From: Blastocatellia bacterium
GTDB taxonomy: Bacteria > Acidobacteriota > Blastocatellia > UBA7656
Assembly (NCBI GenBank): GCA_039648975.1
Contig: JBBWZK010000201.1
Location: forward strand, 1-59,560
Direction: 5' to 3'
DNA: 59,560 nt
The position numbers and the translations under genes were made by a program. This document shows, piece by piece, positions 29,493 through 38,904 of this stretch. Below the pieces are notes generated by a model, which did no database searches, was not told the origin of the DNA, and worked only from the letters and a program-made list of their open reading frames with translations. The stretch's first letter is position 1; every line of letters starts with the position of its first letter.

Positions 29493-29957
29493 TTATCGCC
29501 TTGCTTCAGGCTCTTTCAAGGTAAGGGTGGTGTGTTCAGTAACCGAGGGCATGTCGATGAGATGATCGGTCGCCGGCGCGGCGGCGAGTTGCGCGGCCTC
29601 GCTTGCCGCCAGCGCTTCATCGCCGGCTTCTGGCGGCGAACTCAGAGCGCGTTTGGCGCGACCGAGGCGAAAGATGCCTGTGACGATGAGCGGCACCGCG
29701 ATGATCAGCAGCAGCAACAGATTGAAGATGACGCCGAGCTTCGACGGGCTGAAAATGAGATTGAGGAGAAGATTGAGCTTGACGATGCCGACGACGATCA
29801 GGCCGATGGAGACCAGCAGCGAGCCGCTCTTGATATGCGTGCCGGCATCCTCCACTTTGCCTTCCATGGCGAGCCGATGGCTTGCCAGGCCGTGGCCACA
29901 GCCGCGACAATAGCGTGGCTCGTTGAGATTATTCGCGCCGCATTTCGGGCAAAACAT
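29493..29957 (-). CDS. Zinc-ribbon, two-TM membrane protein
   Basis: MFCPKCG...YCRGCG, two hydrophobic segments, C-terminal SVTEHTT. Confidence 0.85.
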   Translation of the reverse strand: MFCPKCGANNLNEPRYCRGCGHGLASHRLAMEGKVEDAGTHIKSGSLLVSIGLIVVGIVKLNLLLNLIFSPSKLGVIFNLLLLLIIAVPLIVTGIFRLGRAKRALSSPPEAGDEALAASEAAQLAAAPATDHLIDMPSVTEHTTLTLKEPEARR

Positions 29958-30036
29958 TTTACCTGCCTCCCCGCCCTCGTTTATGATTTTCACTCAGCAT
30001 AAGTGGGTTACGCCGCCACGACAAGGAGAGTTCACG

Positions 30037-30807
30037 ATGTCGACAATCGCCGCCGCGCCGCTGGTCTTGAGCGAACGCCAGGGGGCTATCCTCCGGCTGA
30101 CGCTCAACCGTCCTGATAAGAGCAACTCGCTGCACCCCGATCTGGTTCGGCAACTCGCTGACGCGCTCGCGGCTGCCGCAATCGACGACTCGGTAAATGT
30201 AGTCGTCATTACTGGCGCGGGCCGCAGCTTCTGTGCGGGCCTTGATCTCGGATTGCTCGTCAATTGGACGATGGAAGAGAAGCTTGAGTATCTCGGCGCC
30301 GTCACCAAGGTCTTTCGCGCTATCTGGGAATTGCCGCAGCCGGTGATTGCGGCAGTCAACGGGGCTTGCATTGCCGGCGGCTTTGATCTTGCGGCCTTCT
30401 GCGACATACGGCTCGCCGCCGACGAAGCCATCTTTGGGCAGGCGGAGATTAACATCGGCCTGACGCAGATCATTCATCCACTCTACAAAACCATCGGCCT
30501 GGCGCGGGCGAAAGAACTTGCTCTGACCGGCCAGAACATCAACGCGGCGGAAGCCTACCGCATCGGCCTGGTGAATCACGTTTATCCACAGGCCGAGCTG
30601 CTGCCGCAGGCTCTACAGCTTGCCGCGCTGCTTGCCGCCAAGTCGCGCATGGCGCTCGTTGAAACCAAGCGGCTGACGCGCGAGTTGATCGATCTGGACA
30701 CCGCCAGCGCGCTTGCCGAGATCGGGCGCACCTTCCGCCGCTGTCTTGAAAGTGACGAACATCACCAGCGAGTCGCCGAGGTTTACGCGAGCATTCACAG
30801 GAAGTAA
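30037..30807 (+). CDS. Enoyl-CoA hydratase/isomerase (crotonase) family protein
   Basis: LTLNRPDK, FCAGLDL, PVIAAVNG and AEINIG motifs; AAGGAG RBS. Confidence 0.93.
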   Translation: MSTIAAAPLVLSERQGAILRLTLNRPDKSNSLHPDLVRQLADALAAAAIDDSVNVVVITGAGRSFCAGLDLGLLVNWTMEEKLEYLGAVTKVFRAIWELPQPVIAAVNGACIAGGFDLAAFCDIRLAADEAIFGQAEINIGLTQIIHPLYKTIGLARAKELALTGQNINAAEAYRIGLVNHVYPQAELLPQALQLAALLAAKSRMALVETKRLTRELIDLDTASALAEIGRTFRRCLESDEHHQRVAEVYASIHRK

Positions 30808-30808
30808 A

Positions 30809-30890
30809 AGTCAGGAGTCAGAATGGAAAGGGAAGTCGGCTGTCGCCTCCAATTTTATTCTGACTTCAGTCTTCTGACTCCTGGCTTCCT
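30809..30890. repeat. Inverted heptamer arrays (AGTCAGG / TCTGACT)
   Basis: Arrays at 30809-30824 and 30857-30890. Confidence 0.7.
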
Positions 30891-30898
30891 CTTAAGCT

Positions 30899-32608
30899 AT
30901 GAAACCTGAAGACCTGAAACTCATCGAGCTTTTGCAGATCAACGAAGAGGCGGGGACGATCTATTTCAATAATCGTCGCATGCTGATCTTCGACGCCGAC
31001 GCCATGGGATTCTTGCGCCGCGAACTCATCGAGCGGCTGGGGGTGGCGGGCGCGCGCAAGCTTCTCGTGCGCTTCGGCTATGCGCGCGGCTACCGCGATG
31101 CGATGACCTCGAAAGAGTTGTTCAACTGGGCGACGCTCGAAGAGTGGTGGCGGGCCGGCGTCCGCTTGCACGCGCTTGAAGGGATCACCGATTCGCGTCC
31201 TCTGCTTCACGAATTCGATCAGGAGAAGGGCCTCTTTCACGCCGAAAGCATCTGGACAACCTCCTATGAAGCCGAGCAGCACTTGAAGCACATAGGCCAG
31301 AGCGACACGCCCGTCTGCTGGTCGCTCACGGGTTATGCGGGCGGTTATTCGACTGCCGTGTTCGGCAGCGACATTTTTTATTTTGAGACCGAATGCGTCG
31401 GGCGTGGCGATGCGCACTGCCACGTGGTCGGCAGGTCGCTCGGCGGCGAGACGAACGATGCCAGCAACGCCGCTCGCGAGTATTATCAAATCGAGGACTT
31501 CGAGCAACAACTGCCGCAGATCGTCAGCGAGCGTGTAGAGATGCAGCAGTTGATGGAAGAACTCGACCGCCGCGCCAACGATCTTGAAGAAGAGCGTGCG
31601 CGGGTTGCGGCGCTCGAATCACAGGTCTTCTATCTGCAAGAAGCCATCAATCAAAATTACAACATCGAAGAACTGGTCGGCGTCAGCCCGACATTCAAGC
31701 AGGTGATGCGGGATGTCGAGCGCGTTGCGCCGACGGACACGACCGTGCTGGTTACCGGCGAGACCGGCACCGGCAAAGAGTTAGTCGCCCGCGCCATACA
31801 CGTGCGCAGCCTGCGCCGGTCGCGCCCGCTGATTACAGTGAACTGCGCGGCGCTGCCTTCGGGGCTGGTCGAAAGCGAACTCTTCGGCCACGAGCGCGGC
31901 GCGTTCACCGGCGCTGTGCAGCGCAAGCTCGGACGCTTCGAGCTGGCCAATCACGCGACGATCTTTCTCGATGAAGTCGGCGAACTGCTGCTCGACACGC
32001 AGGCGAAATTCCTGCGCGTGCTTCAGCAGGGCGAGTTCGAGCGCGTCGGCGGCACGCAAACCATCAAGGTTGACGTGCGTGTGATTGCCGCTACTAATCA
32101 ACCGCTGGCCCGGCTGGTCGAAGAAGGCAAGGTCCGTGCGGATTTGTATTACCGCCTCAACGTCTTTCCGATCAACATACCGCCCTTGCGCGAGCGCGGT
32201 GACGACCTGGTGCTGCTGGTGAATTATTTCGCGCAGAAGTTCCGCGCCCGCTTCAAGAAGAAGATCACCTCGATCAGCCAGGAATCGCTCGAACGCCTGC
32301 AACAGTACTCGTGGCCCGGCAACGTGCGCGAGTTGGAGCACATCATTGAGCGCGCCGTGTTGCTTGCCGAAGGCGAAGTGCTCCAGATCGATCTGCCGCT
32401 CAGCGATGAACGGCGCGCGCCGTCCAAGCCGGCATCGCCAACCGCAGGACAACGGCTGGTGACGCTCGACGAGATGGAGCGCGATTACATCGAGCAGGTC
32501 TTGAAGCACGCCGGCGGCATGATCGCAGGCCGTGGCGGCGCGGCAGAGATACTCGGACTGCCCGCTTCGACCCTGCGCAGCCGCATGAAGAAACTCGGCA
32601 TCAAGTGA
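30899..32608 (+). CDS. XylR/DmpR-type sigma54-dependent activator (XylR_N-V4R-AAA+-HTH)
   Basis: V4R Cys/Glu pattern (PVCW...ETEC...HC); [22 protein letters not shown]; Fis-type HTH. Confidence 0.95.
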   Translation: MKPEDLKLIELLQINEEAGTIYFNNRRMLIFDADAMGFLRRELIERLGVAGARKLLVRFGYARGYRDAMTSKELFNWATLEEWWRAGVRLHALEGITDSRPLLHEFDQEKGLFHAESIWTTSYEAEQHLKHIGQSDTPVCWSLTGYAGGYSTAVFGSDIFYFETECVGRGDAHCHVVGRSLGGETNDASNAAREYYQIEDFEQQLPQIVSERVEMQQLMEELDRRANDLEEERARVAALESQVFYLQEAINQNYNIEELVGVSPTFKQVMRDVERVAPTDTTVLVTGETGTGKELVARAIHVRSLRRSRPLITVNCAALPSGLVESELFGHERGAFTGAVQRKLGRFELANHATIFLDEVGELLLDTQAKFLRVLQQGEFERVGGTQTIKVDVRVIAATNQPLARLVEEGKVRADLYYRLNVFPINIPPLRERGDDLVLLVNYFAQKFRARFKKKITSISQESLERLQQYSWPGNVRELEHIIERAVLLAEGEVLQIDLPLSDERRAPSKPASPTAGQRLVTLDEMERDYIEQVLKHAGGMIAGRGGAAEILGLPASTLRSRMKKLGIK

Positions 32609-32708
32609 TGCGTGGTGCGTGGTGCGTGACCGGAAGGATTGGGAGTGACAAACGGTTATTTACACACGGTCTCGTTGCTGATCACGCACCACGCATCACG
32701 CACCACGC
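32608..32708. repeat. Inverted heptamer arrays (TGCGTGG / CCACGCA)
   Basis: Arrays at 32608-32629 and 32682-32708. Confidence 0.8.
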
Positions 32709-32719
32709 CCTTTCTATTT

Positions 32720-32758
32720 CGCCGCGAAATGTCGTGCCGGGCGCGGTATTTCGCGGCG
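32720..32758. promoter_or_regulatory. Putative enhancer (UAS) for the sigma54 activator
   Basis: Perfect inverted repeat CGCCGCGAAAT-N17-ATTTCGCGGCG, about 110-145 bp upstream of the -24 element. Confidence 0.5.
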
Positions 32759-32865
32759 CTTTCCTCGATTTATGCCAGGAATAGGTGCGCTCTGGTTTGC
32801 CTGAAAATGCGATTTTGCTAAGGTTTTCGGCACTTTTCGCGCAGTCAGATGCAGGCACGACGGTG

Positions 32866-32880
32866 TGGCCGGACACTTGC
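32866..32880 (+). promoter_or_regulatory. sigma54 -24/-12 promoter
   Basis: TGGCCGGACACTTGC (GG-N10-GC), 30 nt before the STAS ATG and directly downstream of an EBP gene. Confidence 0.7.
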
Positions 32881-32909
32881 CTTAATCAAAGTGGAAGGAG
32901 CATCGCACT

Positions 32910-33191
32910 ATGGACATTCGCATTTCGCAATCGGAAGACAAGGATTCGGGACGAGTCATTCTGCGTGTTGAAGGACGGTTGACGCGTGACGCTGCAGAAT
33001 TGCTCGAAGGCGTCTGCACGCGGTTTCTCAATCGTTCGCATGCCAACCTCCGTATCAACGTTGACAGTATCAACTTTATCAGCGAAGACGGCGCAAAGGT
33101 GTTGAGCCGCCTGAAGCATCTGCCGCAGGTGCAACTCGACGGTTGCAGCCTGTTCACCGAGCGCGTTGTTGAACAGATAAAGGCGTTATAA
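32910..33191 (+). CDS. STAS-domain protein
   Basis: LRVEGRL...INVDSINFISEDGAKVL STAS pattern; AAGGAG RBS. Confidence 0.8.
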   Translation: MDIRISQSEDKDSGRVILRVEGRLTRDAAELLEGVCTRFLNRSHANLRINVDSINFISEDGAKVLSRLKHLPQVQLDGCSLFTERVVEQIKAL

Positions 33192-33264
33192 CGCGCGCCG
33201 AAGTTTCGTCAACAAACGGCCCGCCTTCGTCGTAATCCTTAACGTGATAGTTGGGTTTTCATCA

Positions 33265-34074
33265 ATGAACAACGGGAACAGGGTAACAGCTTTCATCAAG
33301 CGTAATGTGGTATTTGCCGCCGTGCTCATCGCCTTGACGAGCACAAGCGCCTTGGCGCAGACGCGCAAAGCCTCCTCACGCACACAGACCGCCAGTTCAC
33401 AGGCGAAGCTCAAGAGCGAAGCGGCTGCCGCCAAATCAGAACTGATCAAAGCGACGGCTGAGTACAAGTCGAGCCTGGCCACGCTGGTTTCGATGTACGA
33501 AGCCGAATTGAAAAGCGCGCAGCAACAACTGGAAACCCGCAAGCCGCTTCTGGCGCAGGGCATCATCTCGAAGAAAGAACTTGACGACAGCGAAAAGAAG
33601 ATTGCCGAAGCGCAGGCGAAGATCAACGGCTCGCGCAAGCAGATGGCTGAAGCCGACGACCTGATCGCCGAGTCGAGCGTCGTCGAGGAGGACGAACCGA
33701 CACGCGCGCCTAGCCTGACAGGCCGCTATATGGCGACGCCGGCCTTGATTCGCTATACGGGCACGGCTCACTGGGCGCTTGCCGACGCGGCGAAAGTCGG
33801 CAGCTACTTCATCAGCCACTTCGGACATCAGATGCCTATCAGCGCCTACGGGCAGACGGCGACGCACGACCGGCTGGGTTTCGATCATCGCAACTCGGTT
33901 GACGTGGCCGTGCATCCCGACAGCGCCGAAGGGCAGACGTTGATGGCTTATTTGAAGAGCGCCGGCATTCCTTTCATCGCCTTTCGCCATGCCGTATCCG
34001 GCTCAACCACCGGCGCGCATAACCACATCGGCTATCCTTCACACCGCATCGGCGTTTCTGCCTCGGCGCGATGA
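33265..34074 (+). CDS. Secreted coiled-coil protein with a putative Zn-peptidase (M15/LAS-like) C-terminal domain
   Basis: Signal peptide; coiled coil; DHRNSVDV and TGAHNHIG His/Asp motifs. Confidence 0.6.
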   Translation: MNNGNRVTAFIKRNVVFAAVLIALTSTSALAQTRKASSRTQTASSQAKLKSEAAAAKSELIKATAEYKSSLATLVSMYEAELKSAQQQLETRKPLLAQGIISKKELDDSEKKIAEAQAKINGSRKQMAEADDLIAESSVVEEDEPTRAPSLTGRYMATPALIRYTGTAHWALADAAKVGSYFISHFGHQMPISAYGQTATHDRLGFDHRNSVDVAVHPDSAEGQTLMAYLKSAGIPFIAFRHAVSGSTTGAHNHIGYPSHRIGVSASAR

Positions 34075-34113
34075 TTGAAGTTGCGCCAGCCACAATGTAA
34101 CTTCGATCATCCG

Positions 34114-34995
34114 TTAATGTTGCCCGTTCATTTCTTGCTGAACGAGGACAGGCGCAGTTACTGCATCACCCAACCCACTGGCGGCACCACCGCCGCTGCC
34201 ACTTGCTTGTTGAACAGAGGGTGGCGGAGTTACTCCGCCACCTCCAATTCTTTGTCGACTATATGTTCCAAAAAGATAAGCCCCTGCTGTCACAGCAAGA
34301 TGGAATGCTATAGCTCCAGAGATAAAGGCTTCGGCTTCAGTCCAAATCAAATCTTGCTTAATCAAATCTTGTTTAATTGGGTCAGGAAGATAGCCCTTGA
34401 ATGCTCCTTCCAAAATATCCTCCACTAGATGTCCTGTTTTATGGAAGGCATGGAACCCGATTAGCAAAAGAATGATACCAAGTCCAATGCATGTGGGCCA
34501 ATTAATGTATAGGCTTGCAATCCTTATAAATACTTTTTCCTCTTCAATAACCCACTTAATCATCCGCCCATCCCAATAGATAAAGTAGGCGAACAGAAAA
34601 AATACAATTATTAAATGTGTGACGGGTGAATGAGGCGCGACCAGCAAGTTGCAGGCACCAAAAAGGATTAATATAGTAAGAGCATTCAAAATGATGATTT
34701 CGTTCTTATGAATAGACTGACTGCTTTTCTTCATCTGCTCGATACAGGTTAGAAAACCTATTACGAAAGTAAGCATTGGGGCAACAAACATGGGCCATCT
34801 GTCAGCAAGTGGCCAGATCTCATGATATACATTGACGTAAGCTATAACTATGAATATTACAACTGCTATAAGAAGAACTACGATCTCCCACAAATGTCTC
34901 CTTAGAAATCCACTCGCAGTTGCGAACAGCAAAATCACTATAATAAGAATTACAACTACCCACCAATACTGCTCCACAAGCTGGTAAACGGTCAT
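34114..34995 (-). CDS. Multi-pass membrane protein of unknown function
   Basis: About 7 hydrophobic segments; starts 3 nt after the SBP stop. Confidence 0.75.
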   Translation of the reverse strand: MTVYQLVEQYWWVVVILIIVILLFATASGFLRRHLWEIVVLLIAVVIFIVIAYVNVYHEIWPLADRWPMFVAPMLTFVIGFLTCIEQMKKSSQSIHKNEIIILNALTILILFGACNLLVAPHSPVTHLIIVFFLFAYFIYWDGRMIKWVIEEEKVFIRIASLYINWPTCIGLGIILLLIGFHAFHKTGHLVEDILEGAFKGYLPDPIKQDLIKQDLIWTEAEAFISGAIAFHLAVTAGAYLFGTYSRQRIGGGGVTPPPSVQQASGSGGGAASGLGDAVTAPVLVQQEMNGQH

Positions 34996-34998
34996 CGG

Positions 34999-36009
34999 TT
35001 ATTTTTCCCGTAAGTAGTCGTTTGTAAAACAGTCCGTAAGATTTAGATCAGGCCTTAAGTTACCATGACGAACCAGAATTTCGTTGGTGGATTGCCATTG
35101 CGCAATGTCCATCGGGAACACTCCAAGATAGGTTGGCCTTTCTTTCTTAATGAAGTCCAAGATTGCATTAAGCTTTGCTAGAAGCACCGTCTTATCTGCA
35201 TCTGCAACGTAACCATTAAGTATATCCACTGCTTGATTCGGATTATCATTAGCCAATAACCAGCCTCGTTTCGCCCCTCTTAGAAAAGCCTTGACCATCT
35301 CCGGTCTGTTTTTCAAAGTTTCCTCGGTCGTAAAATACAAGTTGCCAAACGCCAGCGAGACGCCATAGTCGTGTGGGTCTATGATATTGAGTTCCATTCC
35401 CTGTTTTCTTAAATCCACAGGCTGATCAATAATGTAGACTGGAAGTACATCTATCTCCCCGGCAATGAATGGCAAAGGATCAAATTTCACAGGTATGCGC
35501 TTGAAAGAATCCAAAGCGATACCCAGTTTAGCGCATAATGCCTCCAGAGTGATTTCGGTGTGTGTGCCAAATTGAGCCCCTATTTTCTTGCCTACAAAAT
35601 TTTGAGGAGTTTTGATGCCAGATTCTTTCTTGGCTATCCAGCCAATCGGGCTTCTAGGAATCACAGCGCCAATTGCCACAATCGGAACCCCGCTAGCTCT
35701 GGCCTGAAGTAATTGCGGGCCACTTGTAATTCCGAACGTATCTGCGCCCGCAGCAACAAGTTTGATCGCATCTTGTTCAAAGCCACCTGGGTTCAGGCTG
35801 ACTTCAAGTCCTTCTTCCTTCCAGAAACCTTTCTGTAGGGCTACGTAGTCGCCAGTAAATGTAGCACCGGGTATCCATGCTAATCTCACAGAAGCCTGGG
35901 TTGGCTGCTTAATACCATTATCTTTATTCTTACCTCGCCATACTAAAATTCCCCCGACAAGGATTCCAATTATCGCAGCTATGATAATGATCAGAGATTT
36001 CCTGTTCAT
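34999..36009 (-). CDS. ABC substrate-binding protein, NMT1/THI5 (SsuA/TauA-like) family
   Basis: N-terminal anchor; VRLAW...YVALQKGFWKEEGLEV, GIKTP..FVGKKIG and VKAFLRG motifs. Confidence 0.9.
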   Translation of the reverse strand: MNRKSLIIIIAAIIGILVGGILVWRGKNKDNGIKQPTQASVRLAWIPGATFTGDYVALQKGFWKEEGLEVSLNPGGFEQDAIKLVAAGADTFGITSGPQLLQARASGVPIVAIGAVIPRSPIGWIAKKESGIKTPQNFVGKKIGAQFGTHTEITLEALCAKLGIALDSFKRIPVKFDPLPFIAGEIDVLPVYIIDQPVDLRKQGMELNIIDPHDYGVSLAFGNLYFTTEETLKNRPEMVKAFLRGAKRGWLLANDNPNQAVDILNGYVADADKTVLLAKLNAILDFIKKERPTYLGVFPMDIAQWQSTNEILVRHGNLRPDLNLTDCFTNDYLREK

Positions 36010-36935
36010 ACAGTGTTCTTCCTCCTAAACACAAACATCTTATCGATGCTCTTGAAGGTGATTCCTTCCGAAACTGGAACGAGTAATTCCAACAGCTTGG
36101 TCTTTCCAATTGCCAGCAGATCATCATGACGGAGCCTGAACATAAAGGCCAGAAAGTGAAGCAACGAGCTATTATTATTTTTATCTTGCAGAACTTCCAT
36201 TGCTTCAAGAACATCTCCTTTCGAAAACGTAATGTCCGCAGAGATAATTTGCCGTTCCCATGTATGACCAATCTGGTACAGGACATTCTCCAAATCCTCA
36301 GCGAAATATTCATAGCCATATCTGGTGTGCATCTTTGGTAGATTTGCGCGGTCCTTTGCGCTTTCAATCTCATCCTGTACGCGATAAATATCTGATTGCC
36401 GAGATACTAAATTCACCACCAGGACTCCGCCAGGACGCAAAGCATTCATTAAACCGTCAAGGACGCATTTCCAATTTTTGAGTTCGATATGGTAGAGCAT
36501 ATGACAACATACTATTGCATCGTAAAGCCTCCCCCCACCACTTAGAAAGTCCTCTATAGCTATTTGTTGCGGTCGGAGCAAAGTCTTTGCCCCCTCGGCT
36601 TCTATGGCTACCTGCTGAATGAGCTTAATTCCATCAGAGCAAGGCTCAATGCAGTCAACTGAAATTCGACACTCATGAAATGGTTTATGAGTAAGATCCT
36701 GATGAAGGCGGCGGCATACCTTATTGATGATCTTGGCGTTGCCACTCCCGATGTCTAAAATATGCATGGATGTCTGGTTTGGGTCGAATGCTTCCAAAAC
36801 ATTCTGCGCAATCTGAGTGATTATTTGCTCGTCTTTAGAAGCAAGATAGGGCTTGCATTCCAAGAATGTATCAAAGTCAAATTCAGTAAGATCAGTAAAT
36901 GGGTACGGAGTAGCTAAAACTGTACTTTCTCGCAT
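36006..36935 (-). CDS. Class I SAM-dependent methyltransferase
   Basis: ILDIGSGNA motif I, DCIEP, YDAIVCCHMLYHI and LRPGG. Confidence 0.88.
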   Translation of the reverse strand: MRESTVLATPYPFTDLTEFDFDTFLECKPYLASKDEQIITQIAQNVLEAFDPNQTSMHILDIGSGNAKIINKVCRRLHQDLTHKPFHECRISVDCIEPCSDGIKLIQQVAIEAEGAKTLLRPQQIAIEDFLSGGGRLYDAIVCCHMLYHIELKNWKCVLDGLMNALRPGGVLVVNLVSRQSDIYRVQDEIESAKDRANLPKMHTRYGYEYFAEDLENVLYQIGHTWERQIISADITFSKGDVLEAMEVLQDKNNNSSLLHFLAFMFRLRHDDLLAIGKTKLLELLVPVSEGITFKSIDKMFVFRRKNTV

Positions 36936-37668
36936 ATTTCTCTCCTATGAGTTGGACTGTTTTGAAAAAGAAAAACGTTGCTAACGAAGTTAGACTCAAA
37001 ACGGCGAATAGCATCGGAGTTCTAAATTCATATGAGGCTCTCACGATCAAGTATCCAACTCCTTTGCTAGCACCTGCTAGTTCGGCAACGACTGCGCCAA
37101 TTGTACAAAGCGAGGCTGAAACTTGGAGAGCAGACATAATGCCAGGGATAGCCGAAGGGAGGCGCAAAGTTTTGAATATTTGCCACCAGCCTGCCCCCAT
37201 AGATTCTAGAAGCAGAAGCCCATCACGATTGACTTTTGTAAAGCCGTCAGTAGAAATGACAGTGGCAGGGAAGTAGCATATTAGTCCAGCCATAATAGCC
37301 TTTCCTGTTATTCCCGAACCAAACCATATTATTATAAAGGGCGCGAGTGCGACAACCGGAACTGCTTGCATTCCAACGACTATAGGATAAAGCCCTTGTC
37401 GAGCGGGCTGACAACTGCTGAAAAGAAATCCAAATAAGATGGCACATATATTACCGCCTATAAATCCTAGAATGGCTTCCGATAAGGTGATTGCAAGATG
37501 ATCCAAAATTAATGGAAACTTACTCCATATCTCCAAAATAACAATGCTCGGCGTCGGCAGCAAGTATTCTGGGAAGCGCGAAATTCTTATAAATAATTCG
37601 ACCATCATTAGTATTCCTAGCAGGTATAACCATGGAACGAACCATTGATAGAACTTATATGCGCGCAT
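36892..37668 (-). CDS. ABC permease, NitT/TauT family
   Basis: YLLPTPS, QAVPVVALAP, MGAGWWQIF..LRLPSAIP and GAVVAE motifs. Confidence 0.92.
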   Translation of the reverse strand: MRAYKFYQWFVPWLYLLGILMMVELFIRISRFPEYLLPTPSIVILEIWSKFPLILDHLAITLSEAILGFIGGNICAILFGFLFSSCQPARQGLYPIVVGMQAVPVVALAPFIIIWFGSGITGKAIMAGLICYFPATVISTDGFTKVNRDGLLLLESMGAGWWQIFKTLRLPSAIPGIMSALQVSASLCTIGAVVAELAGASKGVGYLIVRASYEFRTPMLFAVLSLTSLATFFFFKTVQLIGEKYARKYSFSYSVPIY

Positions 37669-38434
37669 CTTTCACCTTTCCTCGAACGCATTTCAATGTA
37701 TGGCGTATTTCATCTACGAGTTCAATAAAATGGCTGTCATGTCGAATGGAAGGTTCTCTTGGTCTTTGAAAGGGAACTTGGTAGCTCTTAATTACGGAGG
37801 AGGGTTTTGGTGTCATCATCATGATATAGTCAGACATAAAAACGGCTTCTTCTATGCTGTGGGTGATAGATACAACTGACATGTTTTTATCGAGCCAAAT
37901 ATTCTGAATATCTATGTTGATTTCTTCCCTTAAAGCCTCGTCGAGATAGTTAAAAGCTTCATCGAGAAAAAGGTATTGAGGTTCATGTATTAAGGCTCGA
38001 ACAAGTGCCGCTCGTGAGAGCATTCCTCCAGAGAGTTCATGAGGGTAGCTTTTTGCAAATTTTTCAATGCCAAATCTCTTTAAGAATTTATAGGCTTGAT
38101 CAGTAATATTAGTCAAACCAGATATTTTGGCCGGGAGTGTTACATTGTCGAGTACGGTCATCCATTCAAAAAAAACCGGTTTCTGAAATACAAAGCCAAA
38201 CTTATGCTGTTGGCGGGCTTTATCTGGAGATATACCATTCAGAATAATGGAACCTCTTTTAACATCAACCAAGCCTGCCAGACACAACAGCAGTGTGGTT
38301 TTCCCACAACCAGATGGGCCAATTATAGAAGTATATCTTTCGCTCTCAACTTCAAAAGATATGTTTTGGAGGACCGATAAATCCTCACTAGATGCCAATT
38401 TGTATTTGAACGAGAGTCCAGATACGAGCAACAT
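37655..38434 (-). CDS. ABC ATPase, NitT/TauT family
   Basis: GPSGCGKTT, YPHELSGGM, FLDEAF and THSIEEAV motifs. Confidence 0.95.
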   Translation of the reverse strand: MLLVSGLSFKYKLASSEDLSVLQNISFEVESERYTSIIGPSGCGKTTLLLCLAGLVDVKRGSIILNGISPDKARQQHKFGFVFQKPVFFEWMTVLDNVTLPAKISGLTNITDQAYKFLKRFGIEKFAKSYPHELSGGMLSRAALVRALIHEPQYLFLDEAFNYLDEALREEINIDIQNIWLDKNMSVVSITHSIEEAVFMSDYIMMMTPKPSSVIKSYQVPFQRPREPSIRHDSHFIELVDEIRHTLKCVRGKVKDARI

Positions 38435-38441
38435 TAGTTAA

Positions 38442-38510
38442 TCAGGAGGCTAACGACCAGCCCTTTCTCCTTATTGTTCTTCTGAAGATGATTAGCACGA
38501 TGATTGCCAT
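38442..38510 (-). CDS. Putative 22-aa peptide MAIIVLIIFRRTIRRKGWSLAS
   Basis: AGGAG 3 nt before the ATG; in-frame stop just upstream; ends 7 nt before the ATPase start. Confidence 0.3.
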   Translation of the reverse strand: MAIIVLIIFRRTIRRKGWSLAS

Positions 38511-38620
38511 TAACTCCTATAATTAAATTCCTGCGAGAATAACATTCCGTAGGGGGTACATCAAGAGAGATTGCGATTTTGCTTGGACGATGACAGCGGG
38601 ATAACGAAAAGGAGGGCTAC

Positions 38621-38807
38621 GACTTCTTTAACCTGGACATCACGCCGTCGACGATCCTCTGGCCGATCATCATCAGCGGGCTGGCGATGGGTTTCATCTT
38701 CGTACCGCGATAACTTCTACCTGCTCGGCATCATGTGCTTGCTGTGCATTCCGACCGTGTTGTTATTGAAAAAGGCAAAGGCGCGCGGCCCTGTCGCGGC
38801 GCACTAA
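38621..38807 (+). pseudogene. Remnant of a DHA2/EmrB-type MFS efflux gene (two fused fragments)
   Basis: FNLDITPSTILWPIIISGLAMGFIFVP joined out of frame to DNFYLLGIMCLLCIPTVLLLKKAKARGPVAAH*; host-like GC. Confidence 0.7.
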
Positions 38808-38815
38808 ACCACAAA

Positions 38816-38900
38816 GGAGACGCGGGGAGAGAGGGAAACAGTCATCATCTATTCTTCTCCTTCGCCGCGTCGCCGTGTCGCCGCGTCCCCGCGTCTCCTT
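38816..38900. repeat. Inverted octamer arrays (GAGACGCG / CGCGTCGC)
   Basis: Located between convergent gene ends. Confidence 0.7.
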
Positions 38901-38904
38901 TGCC

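Larger units (their letters stand above)
34080..38620. other. AT-rich horizontally acquired island, no mobility gene
   Basis: A sampled 60-nt line gave 42% GC versus about 60% in the flanks; A/T-ending codons; right edge abuts an EmrB remnant. Confidence 0.8.

Noticed and set aside
34345-34376. 15-nt duplication (IKQDL x2); also TAND x2 in the CsbD-like gene
   Set aside because: Simple in-frame slippage duplications with no further structure
34069-38506. 9-bp direct repeat CGATGATTG as a target-site duplication of the island
   Set aside because: Short, and AT-rich sequence continues about 100 bp beyond the right copy; likely chance
38435-38620. TPP riboswitch upstream of the THI5-like transporter
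   Set aside because: Only a CCTGAT fragment is present; the CTGAGA core and stems are missing
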